Origin: Akkermansiaceae bacterium UBA3385
GTDB taxonomy: Bacteria > Verrucomicrobiota > Verrucomicrobiia > Verrucomicrobiales > Akkermansiaceae
Length of the DNA: 64,000 nucleotides
Assembly (NCBI GenBank): GCA_002358905.1
Contig: DEPT01000070.1
Coordinates: forward strand, 14,866-78,865
Reading direction: 5' to 3'
The translations under genes and the position numbers were made by a program. How positions within the stretch are numbered: position 1 is the first letter of the stretch; every line of letters starts with the position of its first letter. The notes beneath the pieces are model-generated. The model was not told the DNA's origin and ran no database searches. It worked only from the letters and a program-made list of their open reading frames with translations. Shown here one piece after another: positions 58,371-64,000 of the stretch.

Positions 58371-59528
58371 TCACCCCTGCGGGGTGAGAGAATTTCGCCT
58401 ACGGCGAGATATTAAGTAGTAGACAGGAATAACGCCTAAGAAAATCAGCCCGGCCGCCAGAAGTGGGCGATAGAAAAACCAGGCTGCGGCAATAATCGAA
58501 AGGCTCACCAGTCCCCCCGCAGCCAGGCCCAACAGAACCACCCCGCCCTCCAGCAAGCCACCGAGCAGCGGAATCCAGCCCACAAGTCCACGCAGCACCA
58601 GAAGCACCATGCACATACCCACCAGCATGAGCAGCCCCCCTATCCCACGCAGAACCCAGCACAATATCTGGTTCTGCTGCATGGCATGTTCAAACATCTC
58701 AGCGGCGGAGTAGCTCCCGTTGCGTAGCAAATCGACCGTATAGCCGCTTTCCGCCACATAGGGCACAAAGGTATGCCCACGCTGCTGCGCCACCAGGGTA
58801 ATCTGAGCCTGCTGCGGAGCAGCGCTCCAGGTGATACGCACATCGCCAATCTGCGGATTATCGGCATCGGCCGGGCCATTGCATCCAATATAAAACGAAT
58901 TGCCCGACCACGTTCCCCGAGCCGCCCACTCCGGTGGCAGCTGCACCTGCGCGGCGGAGAGCTCCGCTACCTCACCCGCCCGACATATCTGCCCCCCGTG
59001 GAGCAGGAAGCCCCCCATGTGTACCCGCTTCGCCCCCCAGCAGGATTCTGAAGACAGGTCCAGCGCCACCGTGTTGCGGTGGTGCGTCTCCCGGAACATG
59101 CGGGAATTCACCGGGCGGTCCACCCAGCGCTGCGTGTAGTGATAATGCGTCTGCATCTTCGCACTGCCATCGCCTTGCTGGGTGTGGCGTTTATCCTTCC
59201 GCTCCACCCATTGGTAGTACTCCACCTGCCGCACCAGCCGCAAGCAGGGCACCTCAAAGCCGAACAGCGGCTCGCGCACTGATTCCTCCGTGCGGGCTGT
59301 ACCCTGGGCATGCACCAGGCAGCCATCATTCGCTTCCCGCGCCTTCTCCACCGTCAACAGGGTGACTACCGCATCCCGCCCCTCCTCCAGCGCCTGCTGC
59401 GTCTTCACCGCCCTGCCCTCATTCCAGAACAAAAGCCACCCGGCCCCCAGCACCATCACCAGTCCCACCACACTGGCCACCAGTCTACCCACTATCCCCG
59501 AACCATTGCTGTGCAACATTAGCGACAT
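58371..59528 (-). CDS. TMEM43 (DUF1625/LUMA)-family membrane protein
   Basis: LLFWNEGRAV, NDG.LVH..G, L.RQVEYYQW.E, PQIGDVRI, SA.EMF and WVLR..G; four C-terminal hydrophobic segments. Confidence 0.85.
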   Translation of the reverse strand: MSLMLHSNGSGIVGRLVASVVGLVMVLGAGWLLFWNEGRAVKTQQALEEGRDAVVTLLTVEKAREANDGCLVHAQGTARTEESVREPLFGFEVPCLRLVRQVEYYQWVERKDKRHTQQGDGSAKMQTHYHYTQRWVDRPVNSRMFRETHHRNTVALDLSSESCWGAKRVHMGGFLLHGGQICRAGEVAELSAAQVQLPPEWAARGTWSGNSFYIGCNGPADADNPQIGDVRITWSAAPQQAQITLVAQQRGHTFVPYVAESGYTVDLLRNGSYSAAEMFEHAMQQNQILCWVLRGIGGLLMLVGMCMVLLVLRGLVGWIPLLGGLLEGGVVLLGLAAGGLVSLSIIAAAWFFYRPLLAAGLIFLGVIPVYYLISRRRRNSLTPQG

Positions 59529-59667
59529 ACCAGACTCTTAACATATCACACCACAACAATCAAGCAGATTATAAGAAAGCCGTTCACTGACTTTTTGTCA
59601 ACGCAGACGAAATTCTTGCCAGTTTCAACAAAACCTGCTAGATTGTGGTCGAAGATTCAGCCAGCAC

Positions 59668-60612
59668 ATGATTCACCGCACCTTCATCCCCTTGATTTTG
59701 TTTACTACCCCTCTGCTTTCCCAGGAGGAATGGATTGAGCTGGAGGATGTGGAAGCTACCACCGTGGCAGAAATTTCCCAGCAAAGCCGCACCGCAGCCG
59801 AAGCGGGCGATGCCGCAGCCCAGCTGCAGCTGGCGCGCTGCTATTTCACCGGTAGCGGCGTGCAGCAATCCACAAAGCAGGGCATGCAATGGCTGCGTAA
59901 ATCAGCCGAACAGGGATATGCCGATGCCCAATGCCACCTGGCAGAACGCTATTTCAGCGGACAGGGAGTGGAGCGCGACCCTAAGGAGGCCTGTACCTGG
60001 TGGGTCAAAGCGGCAAAACAGCATAATCACGAAGCCATGTACCGGCTCGGCATGGCACACCTGAGCGGCGAAGGCGTGCAAAAAAGTGATATTCTGGGCA
60101 TTGCCTGGCTGGAACGCACCGCCGCCGCCGGCCACACCGAGGCTCAATGCAGCCTGGGTTTCTGCCGTCTTCAGGGTGTAGGATGCACGCAGAACTTTGC
60201 TGAAGCAGCCACATTGTTCCGCAAAGCCTCCGAAAAAGGCCATGCCAACGCCACCTTCTGGCTCGGTTTCTGCCGTCTTTACGGCATAGGTGTCGAGCGC
60301 ACCCCTGAACAGGCCATAGAGCTTCTGCTGCGTGCGGCAGATGGGCTGAGCGCACCTGCTGCCGTGCAGCTGGGGCGGTGTTATGAAATCGGCAACGGTG
60401 TTGCTGCCAATGCCGAAACAGCCTTTGACTGGTACTGGCAAGCAGCCCGCATGGAAAACACGGAAGCCTGCTACCGACTCGGTCTCATGCTGCTGGAAGG
60501 CCGCGGCTGCAAACCGAACAAGGAGAAAGCCGCCAAGTGGTTTAAAAAGGCCGCAGAGAAAGGTCACGCCCGCGCTCAACAGAAGCTGGAGGAAATGAAT
60601 CAGAATAATTAA
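59668..60612 (+). CDS. Exported Sel1-like repeat protein
   Basis: Signal peptide and about seven AQ..LG..Y..G.GV.....A..W..KAA.QG units. Confidence 0.93.
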   Translation: MIHRTFIPLILFTTPLLSQEEWIELEDVEATTVAEISQQSRTAAEAGDAAAQLQLARCYFTGSGVQQSTKQGMQWLRKSAEQGYADAQCHLAERYFSGQGVERDPKEACTWWVKAAKQHNHEAMYRLGMAHLSGEGVQKSDILGIAWLERTAAAGHTEAQCSLGFCRLQGVGCTQNFAEAATLFRKASEKGHANATFWLGFCRLYGIGVERTPEQAIELLLRAADGLSAPAAVQLGRCYEIGNGVAANAETAFDWYWQAARMENTEACYRLGLMLLEGRGCKPNKEKAAKWFKKAAEKGHARAQQKLEEMNQNN

Positions 60613-60618
60613 CACATC

Positions 60619-61503
60619 ATGAAACCGCTCACTCTCCTCCTGCTCTGCCTCGGGCTTTTTCCCTGCTCAGCCGACATGCCCGCCCAGGCTCCTACCCGTC
60701 AGGAGCAGGCCGCATATACCACGGCGGATGCCCTGCAGGATGCAACGGCTGCCTTCCACGTTCTCAGCCGTGTGAATACGCTGTGCAGCAGCATGGACTA
60801 CCCTGGACTCAGGGATGAAGATGAATTGCCGGTTCCGGAGCAGATTCGTCAGATTACGCAAAAGGTCCGTCCTTATTGTGCCCGCCTGCGCCAGCTGCCA
60901 CCGGAGCAGCTGAAACAGGTCTGCATGCTGACAGATGCCATTCTGTGGCAGAGCGACTGGATTGTCAGGAATTACTGCTCAGCGATTGTGCCGGATATCG
61001 AGTTTGAATGGTTGGACTGGGGATTCGAGGAACTGGCAACCTGCGCTTTCCTCATCCAGCGGAGACTGGACAGTCGCACGGCAACAGGCGAAGAAAAAGC
61101 CGCCTGGCACGAGCTGCTGCAGGAGCTCGGCGGTGAGAAATCTCTGGATATTCCCAGCAAACTCCTCAATGAACGCTGGGCAAAGGATTACAAGACCGCC
61201 CTCAACTTCTATAAGGAATTCTGCGCTGCGGCTATGGAGAAAAACGAAGCTGCCTGTCTCAATAAGCTGGACGAACAAGCAGAGGTTCTGGAGTATTTCC
61301 GCCAGGGTGGTGAATTGGAATTACTGCGGGTGAATGCTCTGGTGGCAGCATTTGAGGAAGCGCTGGACACCATGAGGGACAAAAGCCCCTTCCCCCGCCC
61401 CATCCTGACGAAGAAACGCCGCACCCCGGCCCGCATGCAGGCACTGGAGCCCTTCTTCTCGTCCGTACCGGCCTTGAAGACTTTGTTATTCGACACGAAA
61501 TGA
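60619..61503 (+). CDS. Exported hypothetical protein, tandem paralogue 1
   Basis: Signal peptide MKPLTLLLLCLGLFPCSA; shares long blocks with the next gene. Confidence 0.8.
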   Translation: MKPLTLLLLCLGLFPCSADMPAQAPTRQEQAAYTTADALQDATAAFHVLSRVNTLCSSMDYPGLRDEDELPVPEQIRQITQKVRPYCARLRQLPPEQLKQVCMLTDAILWQSDWIVRNYCSAIVPDIEFEWLDWGFEELATCAFLIQRRLDSRTATGEEKAAWHELLQELGGEKSLDIPSKLLNERWAKDYKTALNFYKEFCAAAMEKNEAACLNKLDEQAEVLEYFRQGGELELLRVNALVAAFEEALDTMRDKSPFPRPILTKKRRTPARMQALEPFFSSVPALKTLLFDTK

Positions 61504-61523
61504 ATCTGAACCATTAGACTTTC

Positions 61524-62357
61524 ATGAAGAACCCTCTCCCCTTTCTGCTCTGTTTCGGCATTCTCCCCGGCTCTGCCGACCTGCCCGCTCAGACTCCCAC
61601 CCAGCAGGTGCAGGCGGCCTATTCCACTCAGGATGCCCTGAAGGATGCGCTTGACCTCTACAAGCAATATTTCCGCAGTAAGGGTATCAATATCCACCTC
61701 TACGAGGGTGAGTCCCTGCCCGCCGGGCTGCAGATGCTCACCAGGGCCATTCATCCCTGGTGCGCCAGGTTGCACCAGTTGCCCCCGGAGCAGCTGAGGC
61801 AGGTATGCATGCTGGCAGATGCCATTCTGTGGCAGAAAGAATGGATAAAGGATGAGCTGATGGTTGAGTACAATATCGATACTGACCGGGATGAAATGGA
61901 TATCATCCACGGGTTTGAAAAACTCGCCGTTGAAGCAGAATGGCTGCGCAGCATAGAAAAATCACCGGAACGGGAAGCCCTGCTACGCGAATTCGGTGGG
62001 GAATCCGCTCTCGAGCTCCCTGCAAAGCTCCTGCAGGAACGCTGGGCAAAGGATTACAGGACCGCCCTCAACTTCTGCAGGGAATTCTACGCTGCCGCCT
62101 GCGAAGCAGACGAAACCAAAGCACTGAGCAAACTGCGCGAGCAAGCGAAGGTGCTGGCTTATTTCCAGAAAGGCGGAGAGCTGGAGATGATTCGGGTAAC
62201 CGCCCTGGCCCATACCTATATTGATTTCATGCTGTATGATATAGGAGAGCCGACATCTTCTCCGCAGAAGCACCTTACCCCGGCCCGCATGCAGGCACTG
62301 GAGCCCTTCTTCTCAGCCATACCGGAATTGAAGCGTTTATTAAATTACTCAAAATGA
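61524..62357 (+). CDS. Exported hypothetical protein, tandem paralogue 2
   Basis: Shares CARL.QLPPEQL.QVCML.DAILWQ, ERWAKDY.TALNF and TPARMQALEPFFS with paralogue 1. Confidence 0.8.
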   Translation: MKNPLPFLLCFGILPGSADLPAQTPTQQVQAAYSTQDALKDALDLYKQYFRSKGINIHLYEGESLPAGLQMLTRAIHPWCARLHQLPPEQLRQVCMLADAILWQKEWIKDELMVEYNIDTDRDEMDIIHGFEKLAVEAEWLRSIEKSPEREALLREFGGESALELPAKLLQERWAKDYRTALNFCREFYAAACEADETKALSKLREQAKVLAYFQKGGELEMIRVTALAHTYIDFMLYDIGEPTSSPQKHLTPARMQALEPFFSAIPELKRLLNYSK

Positions 62358-63199
62358 AGCGAGGACTTGTACTGGAAGGCGGTGCCATGCGCGGCATGTT
62401 CACCGCCGGTATCATGGATGTGATGATGGAGCATGGCATCACCTTCGATGGTATTGTGGGCGTTTCCGCCGGAGCAGCCTTCGGGGTAAACTACAAATCC
62501 GGCCAGATTGGCCGCGCCATCCGCTACAATGAACGCTTCTGCAATGACAAGCGCTATTGCAGCATCCGCAATCTCTTCCGCGATGGCAACCTGTACAGCA
62601 AGGATTTCTGCTATGGAGAAGTGCCGCTCGTGCATGACCCGTTCGATTTCGAGGCTTTCGAGACCGACCCTACCGAATTTCACATTGTCTGCACCGATGT
62701 GGTGACCGGCAAGCCGCATTACCATGTGTTCAAAGGCCGCGATGACCACGAATTCGACTGGATACGAGCCTCGGCCTCCATGCCGCTGGTATCGGAAATC
62801 GTGGAAATCGAGGGGCTGAAACTGCTGGATGGCGGCATTGCCGATGCCATTCCGCTGCAGTATTTTGAGAGCATCGGCTACACGCGCAACGTGGTCATCC
62901 TGACCCAGCATGCAGAATACGACAAGAAGGAAAGCGTGGCCATGCCCTTCATCCGCTTCCTGTACCGCAAATATCCGGCGCTGATTCAGGCCATGGAGGT
63001 GCGCCACCTCATGTATAACGCCCAACGGGACTACGTAAATCGCCAGGAAGCCGCCGGCCAAGCCCTGGTCATCCGACCCACGGAGCCCCTGCCCGTCAAG
63101 CGCCTTACCAAGGACCCAACCGTTCTCCGCGAGACCTACAATATAGGCCGCGCCACGGCAGAGAAACGGCTGAACGAAATCCGCAACTATCTCGGCTAA
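62354..63199 (+). CDS. Patatin-like phospholipase (RssA/YjjU type)
   Basis: LVLEGGAMRG, GVSAG (GxSxG), ASASMP and DGG. Confidence 0.93.
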   Translation: MKRGLVLEGGAMRGMFTAGIMDVMMEHGITFDGIVGVSAGAAFGVNYKSGQIGRAIRYNERFCNDKRYCSIRNLFRDGNLYSKDFCYGEVPLVHDPFDFEAFETDPTEFHIVCTDVVTGKPHYHVFKGRDDHEFDWIRASASMPLVSEIVEIEGLKLLDGGIADAIPLQYFESIGYTRNVVILTQHAEYDKKESVAMPFIRFLYRKYPALIQAMEVRHLMYNAQRDYVNRQEAAGQALVIRPTEPLPVKRLTKDPTVLRETYNIGRATAEKRLNEIRNYLG

Positions 63200-63214
63200 G
63201 CCCCGGGCACACTC

Positions 63215-63682
63215 ATGGAACCGCTATTCTTCATCCTGCTCCTGCTCATCCTTATAGGGCTGTGTATTCGCGTCATTATACCGAAAAAAGACGGAACCGT
63301 CTTTGCCGGAGCAGGCCCCAGAGGCACCATCTACCCCAAAAAGCAGAAGTTAAGATATATCCGGTGGGTGCTTCTGAATCTGCTCATCATCGTGCTTCTG
63401 GTCACGATAGGGTGGCTGATTCTGCAGGAGAAGACAGCCGCAGACAGCCCGACCGCAGCCCATATCATCGCCCTTGTCCTGTGCTCACTACTCTGCGATG
63501 TATTCCTGAACGCCCTGCTGGGTTGCATCTATGTCCTGACGCGGCTCATCACCCAGAAAAAGGAACGAACCAACATCATGTACGGAAAGCTGGTGTTGTT
63601 CGCTTCGGTCACCTTATTCCTCGGCCGCTACGTGTTCAGCATCCTGAGCGGTCTTCTGAACGGCAGATTCAACGCGCCATGA
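63215..63682 (+). CDS. Hypothetical membrane protein (about 4 TM)
   Basis: Hydrophobic 155-aa ORF starting 15 nt after the patatin stop, followed by a tacgggact/agtcccgta hairpin. Confidence 0.7.
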   Translation: MEPLFFILLLLILIGLCIRVIIPKKDGTVFAGAGPRGTIYPKKQKLRYIRWVLLNLLIIVLLVTIGWLILQEKTAADSPTAAHIIALVLCSLLCDVFLNALLGCIYVLTRLITQKKERTNIMYGKLVLFASVTLFLGRYVFSILSGLLNGRFNAP

Positions 63683-63732
63683 TTTACGGGACTGTAGTCC
63701 CGTACTCCGATTTTCTACCACACCATGACATT

Positions 63733-64000
63733 ATGACAGGCATAACCACCTTACTTGCTGATACCAGATACCTTTCGGAATCCCCCTATGGTCTGTGGGG
63801 GGGTATCATGGTTGTGTTTCTGCTCGGGCTGCTGTGCTACAACGCCTGGGTGGATGACGCCATGGAACGCCGCCGGGGCTACTATGTCCTGGCCGCAGCG
63901 CTGGTGCTGGGGCTGCTGATTCTGTTTACCCTGCACATCTGGCAGGTGGACCCCATGGAGCTGTTGCGCACCATCTACAAACGCCCGGGGCTCAGATACC
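63733..64000 (+). CDS. Hypothetical membrane protein, partial (runs off the window)
   Basis: Hand translation MTGITTLLADTRYLSESPYGLWGGIMVVFLLGLLCYNAW...YYVLAAALVLGLLILFTLHIW... shows no stop before 64000. Confidence 0.55.
   Translation, partial: MTGITTLLADTRYLSESPYGLWGGIMVVFLLGLLCYNAWVDDAMERRRGYYVLAAALVLGLLILFTLHIWQVDPMELLRTIYKRPGLRY

Noticed and set aside
57718..58415. Short ORFs across the palindromic intergenic element
   Set aside because: They overlap on both strands, show no transposase or other motifs, and are better explained as by-products of the repeat.

Overview
This is a chromosomal segment of an Akkermansia-like Verrucomicrobiota bacterium. The taxon is inferred from a 3140-aa PEP-CTERM passenger-repeat protein, an 'MKVHLPLLL'-type secreted repeat protein and a large PilX/Verru_Chthon-A-like protein. 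It holds about 45 CDS and one tRNA-Arg(CCG). Housekeeping genes include pheA, holB, yicC, gmk, ilvD, a DEAD-box helicase, ppa, iscS/nifS, coaD, rmuC, alr and comEC. I see no CRISPR array, prophage, rRNA or intact transposase. The most notable observations are: (1) a single in-frame fusion of dephospho-CoA kinase (CoaE) to transcription termination factor Rho; (2) an iron-uptake operon with two TTAG-N6-CTAA boxes over its promoter, a FeoB carrying a rearranged DUF805-like membrane insertion, a Cys-rich small protein and tandem OprB-type porins; (3) many sigma70-like promoters whose -10 box lies only 6-11 nt before the start codon, suggesting widespread leaderless or near-leaderless mRNAs; (4) two non-coding elements bounded by inverted repeats, one a ~430-bp nested palindrome; (5) tandem NrdR-like boxes with DnaA-like 9-mers upstream of the giant surface-protein gene; (6) a YlbF/RicF-family protein with a metallothionein-like tail (14 Cys, 6 His). 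All family assignments come from motif recognition by eye, not database searches.
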